64,000 bases of DNA. Source: a virus (Duplodnaviria > Caudoviricetes). Below the pieces are notes generated by a model. It did not search any database. It was not told where the DNA came from and worked only from the letters and a program-made list of their open reading frames with translations. The position numbers and the translations under genes were made by a program. The stretch spans positions 3,142 to 67,141 of the IMG/VR virus record IMGVR_UViG_3300033073_000981. One strand, written 5' to 3'. Numbering within the stretch: position 1 is the first letter of the stretch; every line of letters starts with the position of its first letter. Below are positions 45,647-57,013 of this stretch, piece by piece.

Positions 45647-48600
45647 AATACGGTTCCACGAACATATAATGTTTGATTATTATTAATTTCCGTTGGATAC
45701 ACATCTCCAGATGTATATAGATTTATCCCACTTGTGTTCAAGTATGCTCCTCTAATAAATGTATCCAATCCTCCTGAACTATAAGTATTATACACAGTTA
45801 ATGGCATAGTGGTATCTATAATTCTATGAATAAATAAATTTAATGCTCCAGTAACTTCAGTACCAGAATATACGTCTGGACCATAGACAAAAAGAGGCAT
45901 TTGAGTGAAAGATGATCCGCTAGGATTATTAATCATTAAATCTAAATTGCCGCTATGTTCTGGGAATGGATAATTAATTGTTAGATTAACTGCTTGTCCA
46001 TAGTCATCATATGGGCGAGTTTTTAGATACAAATTAAAATCGCCAGACGAGTTAGGAACTCCTGTGTAATGATTGTCAATATATAATCCTAAACTTTCAA
46101 AATTATCTTGGGTTGTTATTATAGTTGGTTGATCATTTGTTTCAACTATATCTCCATTTTCATCCATTTTAACATTTGAATAAGTCTTAATGCTCAACGG
46201 GAAGAAGTTATTAAATCTAGGATTTATGATAAGGGTCATAGTTTCATCAACTTTTTGATTTCTTATCATTAAGTTGATTGAATTATCATTTATATCATAT
46301 TCTTTTAAGAATAGATTCATTCCAGAATTATATACATCAGGCTGTTTAGCCATCAAGTTTAGTCCAGTATTAACTGGCATTGGGCCTTGAGTGTAAAGAT
46401 TTATACCGCTAGGACCGGGATCAAATGTTACAGCCCCTCTTATTCTAAAATATAAACCTGAATTTTGCGCAATACCATCTATTGTTTTTATAGTTATAGG
46501 CAAGAAATTTAATTTCTCGTATTGCGTACTTAAAATTCTAGAGTATAATGAATACTCTGACCCCTCTAGTACATTCAGAGATTGTCTAAATTGTCCATGT
46601 GAATCCGGATTAACAGTTGAAGAATTACCCGGAGCTATTTTAACAATAGCAAAAGAGGTAAGAAGATTATTGTCTGCTATTTGTGAGTGTGTTCGAGGCT
46701 TAAACGCTTTCAAGTCTCCATCAAAAACAAAATAAGCATATTCATTATAATCTCTGATCAGTAATGAATTTTCATATATGTCATATTTTCCATATAAGTC
46801 AACTTTAAGTGTGGCGCTGCTATCTGATGTATTGTCATATGAATTGTTGGATGTTAAAGTGTAATACGAGGGGTCTAGTCCGGCGTATTCAGAATTTGAC
46901 AAATCAACCGTTGGTGATATTCTTTGTATGTAATTATAGTTACCTGTGCGATAATCGTACTTAAATATATTTAAATATGACAGTGAATCAGTAACATTTC
47001 CACTATCATCAACTTTTGATTTAGCATTCGTTATAAGAAAATCGTTATTAACTACAAAATAATTTCCAAATTCATTATTCCCAGCACTAGACAATATCTG
47101 TTTAGGTGTGTAAGATACACCCGATCTATTATATAGATAGATATATTCTTCTCCACGGGATGCTGCGGGCCACCCAATTATAAGTGTGCCGTTGTTAATA
47201 CAGACATTATTACCATATTGAGATAGCTCATCTATTTGAGCTTGTTCTAATCCATTAATATATGGAGTTTGGCTCACTATTCCGGTAAAATTAGAGCAAA
47301 TATTTCCCGTTATATTATATATGAATGCATTAGAAACAGAATCTAGATTTTTTAATCTGCTAGCCGTAGTAAAACCAGCACTTTTTACAGATGTAGTCCC
47401 GGCACAATACCCGCTCGAACCAACGATCTCCATGTCCACGCTCTTACCAAAAGAATCAACGAATCCATATTCATTTGGATAAGACGTTTGATCTGGTAAA
47501 TTAACACCATATGTTGGATCATAAATATATTGTTTATTCCAAGAATAATATCTTGCACCTAACCAATAATTATTACTTGTGCTATTATATATATTTTTTA
47601 CTGTAGGTAAATCAATTGCATAATTTGTTATAGGATTACCAGCTCGTCTGTATTGTATATTAGCAGACTCATATGATGTCCAAGGATTATTTGGCACAGA
47701 AGTAGATGTCAAATATTCTATACTATATGGTTGTTTGGTAATTTTATAAAAGTGAACTCTGCCATATGGTAAATAAGTTGGTATAACATATTTATTAATT
47801 GGCGTTGGTAAATTTAGCTGTGGATTTTTATTTAATTGCTGTTGTATGATATAATCATCAAATATCTTAAATGATGTTTCTGCCCCCGGCTCGCCTACAA
47901 TTAGCAAGTATTGATTATCAGAGAGCTTCTTTATTCTACAATCTGATCCAAACTTATTTCCATTTACAACAGCCTCCGAAACCGATTGGTCGGTTCCAAT
48001 TCTATTGAATGGATAAAAATTATTCCAAGAAACTTTTCCATCTAAATAAAACTGAGGTTTTGTTATACCACTTTCTTGCGAGCTAGTTTCTATAGCTCTT
48101 GTAAACATATTTTTACCATTAACTCCGGTTTCAGAAACCGTTCTTAGGCTAGGATAATAACCATATCCATTTTTGCCAATTGGTGAATATACAGTATGCT
48201 TATAGCTCCAATTTGTTGGAGATGTAGCAACCCAACTAACACCCGATACAGTTTTTAGTCCCGATGTGCTTACTGGAGTTGCAAGACTTGAGTCAAAATA
48301 GATATTAAATCTATCAGAATCAACCCCGCTAACATATCTAATTCCGTTTATATTTGTAATTCCACTTGAGCTTCCTAGACCACAGGTAATCTTAATTTGA
48401 TCGCCAACTGATAACCCATGTCCTGAAGAAGTAATAGTACTATTATTTACTGCTGTTATAGACCCCGTTCTTTTAGTGTAGATGTCCACTTTACCGCAGT
48501 TTGGATAGTTTATATATTTTACTTTTCTAGTAGAAAGTATTCCATTGCTTATGCCATCTCCATTGGTTGAAGCGAAAGCTGAATCATATGGAATAATAGC

Positions 48601-49974
48601 TACTGGTCGCGTATCATATTTATTTCTACCATAGATTAAAGTGCTTCCTATATTAGAAAATTCAACCGTATCACTTAATCCTGTTGGAATTATATAACTA
48701 CTTAAATATAGATCATAATTATAAAATTCTGCAATCTGAGGAGAATATGGTTGAGTAGGCTTTCCATTCCATACAGAATCATACGCCTTTTTCCTTACAA
48801 AGAAATATGTGTATCCCGAATCATCATATAATTTATTTTTATTTTGATCTGGTATTTTTGAGTATTCAAGCAAAAAGTTTTTGGCAAAGTCGGTATCTTC
48901 ATAGAAACCACCAAATTTGTATGTTATAGAGTGTTGACCTGATGGTAATCCTGCATATTGTACATTAGAAATAACTCCAGTTGTATCTGGCGTGTAGTTA
49001 ACTTCTAAGAATATATCCGAAAAATCTAGAAGCTCTTCAACTATAGGAATGTAATTATATTCATAGCTAACTTGTAAAAATCTAAATGGCTTAGATGACA
49101 AATCAATATCTGGACTGCTAATGCATATAGGAGATATGTACCTAACACTGCCAGTATCTGCGCAGGCTCCAAAATAATATTTACTAATATCATATCCAAC
49201 ATATTTTCCATCAATATACTTAGACGTTGCAATACTTGGTATATTATCAAAAGTGCCTATGTCGGCTTTATTACTTTGTGCGCAAGTAGAGCATCCGCCC
49301 GCTGTGCCAGATACATTTTCTCCTACCGGCTCATTTGTAAAATTTATATATTCTGCAAAATATGGGGCGTGAGCGCTTAAATAACAACCCAGTGAAATTG
49401 TAACTGGACCACCATTTGTTATGGGATATGTTATAGATGTATATGTTACTCCATTCCATACCATTATCCTTACACTTCCAGATCCTATTGCAGATGTAGC
49501 ATTGCAAGTAAAAACATAAAATTTTAAAGTTTTATCGATAAGATTTGGGGTAAAATTAAAATTACCCATATAAAAAGTTTTTGGAAGTGTGTATGAATCA
49601 TACAACGTTTCAGGTTGAGTAAACTTTTCGGTGCTAGTCCATTCTCTCGTTCCAACAATTGCAATATCATCTAAGCTATCAACCATATCTACATACCAAG
49701 AGCTATCAAGATTATATGACATGTAGTTCTGTCCTCTATTAAGAGAATAGAAATAATCATAATAATTAGATGAGTAATCTCTTAGATTAATAGATACATT
49801 ATTTGATTGAGTAGAGTCAATTAATATAGTATCTGAAATTGTGCTATTCCAATTAGTTTCATGTGGTAAATAAGTAGCATTGTCAGCTTGAACTCTTAAG
49901 GGAACTATTCCAAACTGACCACTACCAGTACTACCAAAGATGCTTAGATTTAGTCCTGTTGTCTTATTTATCAT
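45643..49974 (-). CDS. large tail protein with FG-GAP-like propeller, FCCH-like beta domain and C-terminal strand repeats
   Basis: FGSD..LIVGEP, FGKSVD, LIIGWP, FGNYFVV motifs; HGLSVGDQIKIT; repeated xLNLx units. Confidence 0.6.
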   Translation of the reverse strand: MINKTTGLNLSIFGSTGSGQFGIVPLRVQADNATYLPHETNWNSTISDTILIDSTQSNNVSINLRDYSSNYYDYFYSLNRGQNYMSYNLDSSWYVDMVDSLDDIAIVGTREWTSTEKFTQPETLYDSYTLPKTFYMGNFNFTPNLIDKTLKFYVFTCNATSAIGSGSVRIMVWNGVTYTSITYPITNGGPVTISLGCYLSAHAPYFAEYINFTNEPVGENVSGTAGGCSTCAQSNKADIGTFDNIPSIATSKYIDGKYVGYDISKYYFGACADTGSVRYISPICISSPDIDLSSKPFRFLQVSYEYNYIPIVEELLDFSDIFLEVNYTPDTTGVISNVQYAGLPSGQHSITYKFGGFYEDTDFAKNFLLEYSKIPDQNKNKLYDDSGYTYFFVRKKAYDSVWNGKPTQPYSPQIAEFYNYDLYLSSYIIPTGLSDTVEFSNIGSTLIYGRNKYDTRPVAIIPYDSAFASTNGDGISNGILSTRKVKYINYPNCGKVDIYTKRTGSITAVNNSTITSSGHGLSVGDQIKITCGLGSSSGITNINGIRYVSGVDSDRFNIYFDSSLATPVSTSGLKTVSGVSWVATSPTNWSYKHTVYSPIGKNGYGYYPSLRTVSETGVNGKNMFTRAIETSSQESGITKPQFYLDGKVSWNNFYPFNRIGTDQSVSEAVVNGNKFGSDCRIKKLSDNQYLLIVGEPGAETSFKIFDDYIIQQQLNKNPQLNLPTPINKYVIPTYLPYGRVHFYKITKQPYSIEYLTSTSVPNNPWTSYESANIQYRRAGNPITNYAIDLPTVKNIYNSTSNNYWLGARYYSWNKQYIYDPTYGVNLPDQTSYPNEYGFVDSFGKSVDMEIVGSSGYCAGTTSVKSAGFTTASRLKNLDSVSNAFIYNITGNICSNFTGIVSQTPYINGLEQAQIDELSQYGNNVCINNGTLIIGWPAASRGEEYIYLYNRSGVSYTPKQILSSAGNNEFGNYFVVNNDFLITNAKSKVDDSGNVTDSLSYLNIFKYDYRTGNYNYIQRISPTVDLSNSEYAGLDPSYYTLTSNNSYDNTSDSSATLKVDLYGKYDIYENSLLIRDYNEYAYFVFDGDLKAFKPRTHSQIADNNLLTSFAIVKIAPGNSSTVNPDSHGQFRQSLNVLEGSEYSLYSRILSTQYEKLNFLPITIKTIDGIAQNSGLYFRIRGAVTFDPGPSGINLYTQGPMPVNTGLNLMAKQPDVYNSGMNLFLKEYDINDNSINLMIRNQKVDETMTLIINPRFNNFFPLSIKTYSNVKMDENGDIVETNDQPTIITTQDNFESLGLYIDNHYTGVPNSSGDFNLYLKTRPYDDYGQAVNLTINYPFPEHSGNLDLMINNPSGSSFTQMPLFVYGPDVYSGTEVTGALNLFIHRIIDTTMPLTVYNTYSSGGLDTFIRGAYLNTSGINLYTSGDVYPTEINNNQTLYVRGTVL

Positions 49975-52900
49975 CTCTTTTCCTGTCTGTTATTAGCACC
50001 TAGTTTCATCTCTACTTCATTTTGAATTTGCTTTTTAATAGCGTCAGATAATTGAGTAGCAATTGCATTTCCATCAACGCCAGTAATTGCAAGACTTCCA
50101 TCTACTGTCAGTGTATGCTGAACAGTTATTCCTGCGAACTGATTAGCAAGATTAGAAAGGGTTTCTGTGAATGAAGAGAATGTAGAAGCGATAGAATTAA
50201 GAGATTCAACGCTTTGTGCGAACCCTCCCATATCTGGCGCTCCAGCGGCCCCTCCAACGCCCGGTGCAGCAGCGGCCATTGCTGGGCCAGCCGCAGCGGC
50301 TTGATTCGCAGGAGTAGTGGCTATAGCGCCGCCTCCACGGCCCATTGCCTGTTGTCTCATCATAGTTAAGTTCATTGGCTGAGAACGCATTTGATTAGCA
50401 GAAATAATATTCTGTCTCATATTTTGATTGAACATAGCTGCACGCATTGTCATCGGCCCCGGACCTCTTTGTGCGCGATTTTGCATAGTTCTAGTTATCG
50501 GACCTTCGCCCTCAAGCGCCCTTAGCTCTTCTGTTCTCTTATCCTTGCTTCTCTTTACATCTCCTAGCATTTTATAATATGGATCATTAGGATCAACTTG
50601 TCCGCCAGCGGCGTAATGACCAGCATTGATTTGATTTAATGCTCCAACTCCAATCTTATCAACTGCACTCTTCTTAACTACAAATTCACCCGGAGTTAAC
50701 ATAGCTGGAACTGTGTCTGTACCTTTAGGAGCAAATCCACCACCAGCACGATAAATCAATCCACCCATAGCCTTGCCTTGAGCGCCACCACCGCCAGCAG
50801 CAACTGCGCCAGTACCAGCAGCAGCTTCAGTAGCAGATTTAACTTGTTTTGTAATCCATGCATTAACATCAATTCCAGTTAAAGCCTCAAATCCATCAAC
50901 AAGAATACCAACTAGTGGATTAAATGCTTTAAAGGCGCTCACAACCAACCATACAGATGTGGCAGTAGCATCCATTTGATTTTTCTGAGCTTCAGCAACC
51001 TCATTTATTAATTTCATATGATCAGTAAATTTCTTAGCAAGCATTTGGACTTCAGCTTCACCATCTTTAACTTGCTTAGTCAGATCCTCAACTTTCTTTT
51101 TACCTTCTTCGATTTGCTTGTCAACCGCCGCCATATCCTGTGGTTTAGGCGCACCCTGTCCAGCTTGCTCTCTTTGAGCTTGGAATTTTTCTCTCAACGC
51201 TTTTATTTCTGCTGTTAAATCAGCAGTTGCTTGTCTAGATTCAGAAAGTTTAGCATTTAATTCTGACTGCATAGCCTTTTCTTCTTGCATCATACCTTCT
51301 CTGGCAGCGCCTTCTGAGGCAGATATAGAATAAAGTTCATTTATTAACTTTTCTTCTGGAGATGATGTATCCTGAAGAACCATTTGCGCACCTTCAAAAT
51401 TACCCATTTGAGCCATCTTGTTAGCCATGAGTTGATTTTGAACTTGTTTACCAGTCATTCCATTAAATGCTGGAATATCTTTAAATTGATCTAAAAGGCT
51501 ACTCACTCCACTCTTAAGTTCATCTGGAATGGAATCAATATCACCTGTCATCATTGCAGTTTGTGTAGCCTGTAATGTTTCGTCAGTTTTTTGTCTTTCT
51601 TCTTGTGTTCCAAATAAATAACTCTTAGTAAAATCTCTAGCGGTTTCTCTCTGCGCTCTGAGCTTTTCAAGTTCAGTCATAACATCAGCAGTGCGATGAG
51701 ATTGATCTGACAAATCTTTTAATGCCGATTGTAGATTTTTTGCCTTATTGGCTAATTCAGCAGTTTGATCATCAGCTTTACCACCCTTTTTCATTTCGTC
51801 TCTAACTTTTGCTAATTCTGCTGAAATTCCTTTAGCATTACCAGCTAAATTTCCAACCATAGCAAATTGTTTTTTATATCTAAATGCATTTTTTTGTTCA
51901 AGAGTTAAGGTTTTACCACGGGCTTTTGCAACATTTTCTGCAAGACTTTGTTGGCTATCAATATCCTTCATAACAATTTCAAGTTGTCTTTGTCTTGAAT
52001 CGTTTATTTTTTGAAGTATGCCAGCTTGTTGAGCTTCGGCTTTTGCAAGATTTTCAAGAATACCACTGCCTTCTTTTTGAAGATGTTCTGAAAATTCTTT
52101 AAATTGCTTTAGAACATTTTCTTGGGCTTCCTTTGAAACCAAAGAAGTTTTTTGTGCGCCTGTAGCATTTTCGCCTTCTTTAGGCTTCATTGTATCTTCA
52201 AGCATTTTTGTAAGCTGTTTGCCAACTTCGCCAGATGAGCTTATGCCTACATTTTTCTCAACAAAATCTTTCACTGAAAAATTCTTGCCGCTTTGGCTAA
52301 GTGCGGCTGGAGCATCCTTTAGCGCTATCTCTAAATTTTGAGTAGCTTTCTTTACATCCATAAAATTATTAGCAATTTCTTGGCCTTCTGGACCAATGCT
52401 AGCAATTTTATCAAGAGCAGCTTGTAAATCTTTTGTATCTGGAGCTAAAGCACTTAGTACTTTAGGATCAGGGATAGATGACTTTAGACCAGTCATAGTT
52501 CCAGAAAAAGTAGCTTCTAAAGCATCGACCGCACTATCAATTTTAGTTAGTTTAGCGCCAAAATTTTCTAGTCCAGCCATGATAGCCATTTGTTTTTGCA
52601 TTGAACCAATAACAGCTTCGCGAGCTTGTTTTTCTATCATCATAGACTTAACTTGCTCTTGCATTTGAAGATTAGCTTTCTCAATAGATAAAGCATATTC
52701 AGCATTAGCTTGTTTTGCTTCTGCCTGAACTTTTCTATCTAAATCCATTTGAGCATATTTTTTATTTGGATTGTTTCCTAATGCAGCAACATTTGCATAA
52801 TTTTGTTCATTTTTAGCTTTTATAACTTCTGTTTCTCTTGCTGCATTTTCTTTCACCGCTTTATCAATCAACGCTCTGTTTTCTGCCGGTTTTCCTTCCG

Positions 52901-55900
52901 AGATATTTTTTTGTAAATCTTTTATAACTCTTTGAGCTAGAATACCACTAGTTTGTCTAAATTGTCTTTCAAGTTCATCAGTTTGATTTGCAAGATCTTC
53001 AAATCCTTTTTTAACATGCTCTGGTGCATTTTCAAAACCACCATAAGCCTTAGCAATTCTATCTTTTTCCTGTTGAAAAGTTTTTGTAGCATCAACAAAC
53101 GAAGCCGCCATAGCGTTAGCTTGTCCACTAACTTCTTCATTTTTAAACAAATCTGGATTTTCTAAGAATTTTTGACCCTTTTTTAAAGCTCCTACATTTT
53201 CAAATGCTTGAGTTCCAAGATTAGCGCCAGCAGTTCTTGCGGCTTTTTCTTGATCAATAGCTTCTCTTCTTTGTTTAGCAGCAGCAGATAGTATTCCTCC
53301 ATTAACACTTCCTTTAGAAACTGTTTCTTGTCCAATATTTTTTAAAGTTTTTAAACTAAAAATTTCACTAAAAGATTTAGATATAGCAGAGCTAGAAAAT
53401 GCTTCACTTAAATTTTTGGACAAGTCTTGAGAACTAACCGTTGATGCTGCTCCATGTTTTGTTAATTCATCTATAGATTTAGCAAATTTTTCGGCAGACA
53501 ATTCGGCATGTGCAGCAAAATATGCGGCAGCAGCTTGGGCAGCAGCCATTGCAAGAGAAAATGCTTCTATTGCAATATCTAATGCCATTAAAGCTCCACC
53601 GCCTTTGCCACCGCCTTTGCCACCTTTACCGCCCATTCCTCCAAGTAAATTTCCTACGCCACCCTTGCCGCTTTTAGTATCTCTATCTACCGCAGCGCTA
53701 TGCTGCTTTGTTTCTACTGTATCTTTTGATATGGCGGCGGTATGCAATGCTTCAATTTGTTTTGCTATTTGAGACTGCTTTGATTGGGCGTACATTTTTA
53801 CGCCAAATTCTTTAAGATTTTGTCCAACTCCTTTAACAACAGTATATGTTCCACTAAATGCACTAATTGCATCTGCAATAGGCTTAGGTAGTCCAGACAT
53901 CTGTGAAACTATAGATGTAATAGCTGCACCAAACAAAATTAAATTATTATTGCCATTTTCTGCACTTTTTGCAAAGTCATCATATTGTTTTCCTAAATCA
54001 TTTAATTTAGAAATTTGCTGTTCAAGTGAATTTGGGCCAGCGGCCTGATTAAGTCCTGCGGCTGTGTTTTTCCCAAATTTAATTGATCCGCCTGCTTTAT
54101 TTATTCTATTTGTTAAATAATCAAGAGCTTTATCAAGATCTCTGCCATCTTTTACAATTTCATCAATCATTTTAACAAAATTAGCTAGACCTTTATTACT
54201 AAAGGCATTTTGATTTTGTTGAAGAAATGCACTTATTTTTTTATATTTTTCAATATCATCGGCACTTCCGCCACCAGCAAAATGCTGAATTCCACCAACA
54301 GATCCACCTTTAGCAAACTTGCCAACTTTATTCATTCTATTTAAAGCTGAGCTGCCTATTTTTTGGGCAGATTTTTTATTAATTACAAATTCGCCCGGTG
54401 TAAGCATAGCAGGAACAGTATCTGTTTCGCCACCCTTAGACATCCAAGGAATTTCTGTTAAACCTGCAATAGATCCACCTGTTGCTTTTCTTAATCCAAG
54501 ATTTCTGATAGCCTCTGCGACACCTGCACCTTTACCCTTTGATAATAATCTACCGGCTACTGTTGAATTTATCTTATTTTCAGCAACACCTTTATTAACA
54601 GCGGCGACTCTATCCTGTGGCGACATTGTTGACCAAGATAGTTTTGATTCTTCTACTTTACTTTTTCCAATTTTAATTTCATCTCTAATAAAGTTTTTAG
54701 CTTTCTTTATAAAAGATTGTAAATTTTTTGTAGTATAAGTAGATTTTGCATCAGTAGGTATTCTTGCAAGTGCATCATCGCCGAATAGAGAAGCGCGATT
54801 TCCAAGACCATTTCTAAAGTCAAATGTTGCTGAAGAGCTTGCCCCAGCATCAAATGGCGCTCCAGCATTTGCTAACATAGCTTCAAATATATTGCCAACT
54901 ATACTATCAATATTAGATTTTTTAATAATTGCTCCAAGATCAGCGTTGCTCGCAGTTTGTTGGTCTATTAATCCTAATAATTGAGTAGATTTATCAATTG
55001 CACCAATAACATAAGCCTTGATATGCTTATCTATTTTTTTTCCTATTGCTGGAGATAGGGATCTTGCTTCTAAAGCAAAATTTAATTTTCCAGAATTAGC
55101 ATCTTTAACTCTTGGTGTTTTTTCTTCAATTGCTTGTCTTGTTCTTTCATCTAGCATATCGAAGTCGCCAGATACTGGAACGTTTCCATACAACTTTTGG
55201 TTTATTTGTGTTGAAATTTTTCCTTTAGTAGAGGGTCTTAGAAAAGCACCACCGAATAAAAGAGGATTTTTCCCTTGTAATGGAGCAGCTTGAAGAACTC
55301 CTGTTTTATTTTTGTCAGTAACGGAAAATTTATCTGTTACATTAGCAGTTTTTACACCTTTAATGTTTTTTATAATATCATTATATCTAGCTTTTCCGCC
55401 TATGCCATATTTATTGGCCTTTGCTAAATTTTCTATTCCTAGCTTTTCTACGGAGCTTTTTTTAATGACGAATTCTCCGGGAGTAAGCATCGCAGGAACT
55501 GTATCACCATTTCCACTTCCGGGAACAAGTCCACCACTAGCAAAGCCAATTGGTCCACCTTGAGCCTTTTTACCAATTCCAGCTAATCCTTTAATCCCCG
55601 GAACAAAAGCCTGACCTAGTTTTAATGCGGCAAAGCTAGCAATCAGCGGAATAAGAGGCTTAATAGTATCCGCTACTTTAATAAAAGCGTTAGCAAGACT
55701 TAGTAGAAATTTAGCAGTATCTTGAAAACTACTACTTCCCACAAGCTCACGTATAAAGCGTTTAAATTCTTCACGAGTTTTTTCTATCTGTACTCCAAGT
55801 GACTGTTGAGCAGTGGCAGCATCCTTAGCCAATGATCCACTTGCACTTTGAGATACATTTAATGCTTTTTGAGTTACTGCAAATTGTTGAATAAGAGGAA

Positions 55901-56921
55901 TGACCTTAGAAACTTGACGAAATCCACCAAGCTCTTCCACAATTAAATTAAATCTAAAATCTCTAGGGTCAATAGTATTAAGAGCCACGCTAAGTTTTTC
56001 AACTGCTTTGATTGGCCCGATAAATTTACCTTCGGCATCTTGAAGCTCAATACCAAGGGCGCGAAGATTATTTATTGTATCTAGTCTCTGTGTACGTGTA
56101 AAGATTGTTCTAAAGCCTGTTGCGATACTTTCTGCCGATTCACGGGTCGTTGCTCTTACAGATGTGAACAAGGCTAAGAGTTCATCTAAACTGCCTCCAG
56201 CACTTTCAAACGCAGAACCTGTAGTTCGAATTGCAGTAATCAAGTCCGATGATTCAACAGCAAAGTCTTTCGACACTTGATTAATAGCAGATAAAGATTT
56301 TTCTAAAAAGTCAATTTCTGTACCAGTTCTTTGGGCAACTCTACCAAATTGATTTAAAACGGCAATGATGCCTTCTGTAGTGTCCGCAATTGAATCAAAG
56401 GTAGCGGCGAGTTCTGTTTGCGCTAGTAACTTAAGAGTGCCACGAACTTTGTCTGCGGCAAAACCGGCTTGCGTTAATTCTCTAGCTGCTAAAATTAATT
56501 CCTTAGAAGAAACACCAAACTGAGAAGCTACATTTCCAACTTCATTAGATAAGGATCTTAAGTCCGAAACTGTTTTCCCCGTAGCTTGAGAGATCTTAAC
56601 AATTTCGCGTTCGAATTCAACAGCTTCGCCTACTGCATTTTTAATAGCTCTAGTTAAACCAATAAGAGTTCCTGTAGCAAGCGCCATGCCTGAAAATCTT
56701 TTAGCGGCGGCAACAATACTTGAACCCAACGAATCAAAAGATTTTTTCGCAGTGTTTGTTGATTTAGATATATTTTGTATGTGAGACTGCGCTTGTGCTA
56801 AATCTTTTAATTTGATATTTAAGTTAGCACCTTGAAACTGCTGTCTGAGATTTCCTATGACTTGATTTAAATTCTTAGTTTGTAGATTTAATTCAGCAGT
56901 AATGGTGAACTTTGAAGCCAT
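49971..56921 (-). CDS. tail tape measure protein
   Basis: 2316 aa, Ala/Lys/Gln-rich and helical; N-terminal TMP domain (EFEREIVKISQATG...LTQAGF); follows the tube and chaperone genes. Confidence 0.9.
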   Translation of the reverse strand: MASKFTITAELNLQTKNLNQVIGNLRQQFQGANLNIKLKDLAQAQSHIQNISKSTNTAKKSFDSLGSSIVAAAKRFSGMALATGTLIGLTRAIKNAVGEAVEFEREIVKISQATGKTVSDLRSLSNEVGNVASQFGVSSKELILAARELTQAGFAADKVRGTLKLLAQTELAATFDSIADTTEGIIAVLNQFGRVAQRTGTEIDFLEKSLSAINQVSKDFAVESSDLITAIRTTGSAFESAGGSLDELLALFTSVRATTRESAESIATGFRTIFTRTQRLDTINNLRALGIELQDAEGKFIGPIKAVEKLSVALNTIDPRDFRFNLIVEELGGFRQVSKVIPLIQQFAVTQKALNVSQSASGSLAKDAATAQQSLGVQIEKTREEFKRFIRELVGSSSFQDTAKFLLSLANAFIKVADTIKPLIPLIASFAALKLGQAFVPGIKGLAGIGKKAQGGPIGFASGGLVPGSGNGDTVPAMLTPGEFVIKKSSVEKLGIENLAKANKYGIGGKARYNDIIKNIKGVKTANVTDKFSVTDKNKTGVLQAAPLQGKNPLLFGGAFLRPSTKGKISTQINQKLYGNVPVSGDFDMLDERTRQAIEEKTPRVKDANSGKLNFALEARSLSPAIGKKIDKHIKAYVIGAIDKSTQLLGLIDQQTASNADLGAIIKKSNIDSIVGNIFEAMLANAGAPFDAGASSSATFDFRNGLGNRASLFGDDALARIPTDAKSTYTTKNLQSFIKKAKNFIRDEIKIGKSKVEESKLSWSTMSPQDRVAAVNKGVAENKINSTVAGRLLSKGKGAGVAEAIRNLGLRKATGGSIAGLTEIPWMSKGGETDTVPAMLTPGEFVINKKSAQKIGSSALNRMNKVGKFAKGGSVGGIQHFAGGGSADDIEKYKKISAFLQQNQNAFSNKGLANFVKMIDEIVKDGRDLDKALDYLTNRINKAGGSIKFGKNTAAGLNQAAGPNSLEQQISKLNDLGKQYDDFAKSAENGNNNLILFGAAITSIVSQMSGLPKPIADAISAFSGTYTVVKGVGQNLKEFGVKMYAQSKQSQIAKQIEALHTAAISKDTVETKQHSAAVDRDTKSGKGGVGNLLGGMGGKGGKGGGKGGGALMALDIAIEAFSLAMAAAQAAAAYFAAHAELSAEKFAKSIDELTKHGAASTVSSQDLSKNLSEAFSSSAISKSFSEIFSLKTLKNIGQETVSKGSVNGGILSAAAKQRREAIDQEKAARTAGANLGTQAFENVGALKKGQKFLENPDLFKNEEVSGQANAMAASFVDATKTFQQEKDRIAKAYGGFENAPEHVKKGFEDLANQTDELERQFRQTSGILAQRVIKDLQKNISEGKPAENRALIDKAVKENAARETEVIKAKNEQNYANVAALGNNPNKKYAQMDLDRKVQAEAKQANAEYALSIEKANLQMQEQVKSMMIEKQAREAVIGSMQKQMAIMAGLENFGAKLTKIDSAVDALEATFSGTMTGLKSSIPDPKVLSALAPDTKDLQAALDKIASIGPEGQEIANNFMDVKKATQNLEIALKDAPAALSQSGKNFSVKDFVEKNVGISSSGEVGKQLTKMLEDTMKPKEGENATGAQKTSLVSKEAQENVLKQFKEFSEHLQKEGSGILENLAKAEAQQAGILQKINDSRQRQLEIVMKDIDSQQSLAENVAKARGKTLTLEQKNAFRYKKQFAMVGNLAGNAKGISAELAKVRDEMKKGGKADDQTAELANKAKNLQSALKDLSDQSHRTADVMTELEKLRAQRETARDFTKSYLFGTQEERQKTDETLQATQTAMMTGDIDSIPDELKSGVSSLLDQFKDIPAFNGMTGKQVQNQLMANKMAQMGNFEGAQMVLQDTSSPEEKLINELYSISASEGAAREGMMQEEKAMQSELNAKLSESRQATADLTAEIKALREKFQAQREQAGQGAPKPQDMAAVDKQIEEGKKKVEDLTKQVKDGEAEVQMLAKKFTDHMKLINEVAEAQKNQMDATATSVWLVVSAFKAFNPLVGILVDGFEALTGIDVNAWITKQVKSATEAAAGTGAVAAGGGGAQGKAMGGLIYRAGGGFAPKGTDTVPAMLTPGEFVVKKSAVDKIGVGALNQINAGHYAAGGQVDPNDPYYKMLGDVKRSKDKRTEELRALEGEGPITRTMQNRAQRGPGPMTMRAAMFNQNMRQNIISANQMRSQPMNLTMMRQQAMGRGGGAIATTPANQAAAAGPAMAAAAPGVGGAAGAPDMGGFAQSVESLNSIASTFSSFTETLSNLANQFAGITVQHTLTVDGSLAITGVDGNAIATQLSDAIKKQIQNEVEMKLGANNRQEKR

Positions 56922-56937
56922 TAATGTATTTCCTTAT

Positions 56938-56992
56938 AAAAAAATAAACATGCTGGGCAGCATCATTATGTAGGGACACTATCCAGCATGTT
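56938..56992 (-). terminator. terminator/attenuator-like hairpin in the tape measure leader
   Basis: AACATGCTGG / CCAGCATGTT 10-bp stem, 26-nt loop, followed by TATTTTTTT on the minus strand. Confidence 0.45.
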
Positions 56993-57013
56993 GCTACTTT
57001 CCATCCTACTTTA

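Noticed and set aside
33697-49974. DGR or invertible tail-fibre cassette
   Set aside because: I saw no reverse transcriptase, no recombinase and no nucleotide-level TR/VR or inverted crossover repeats; the paralogy is protein-level only.
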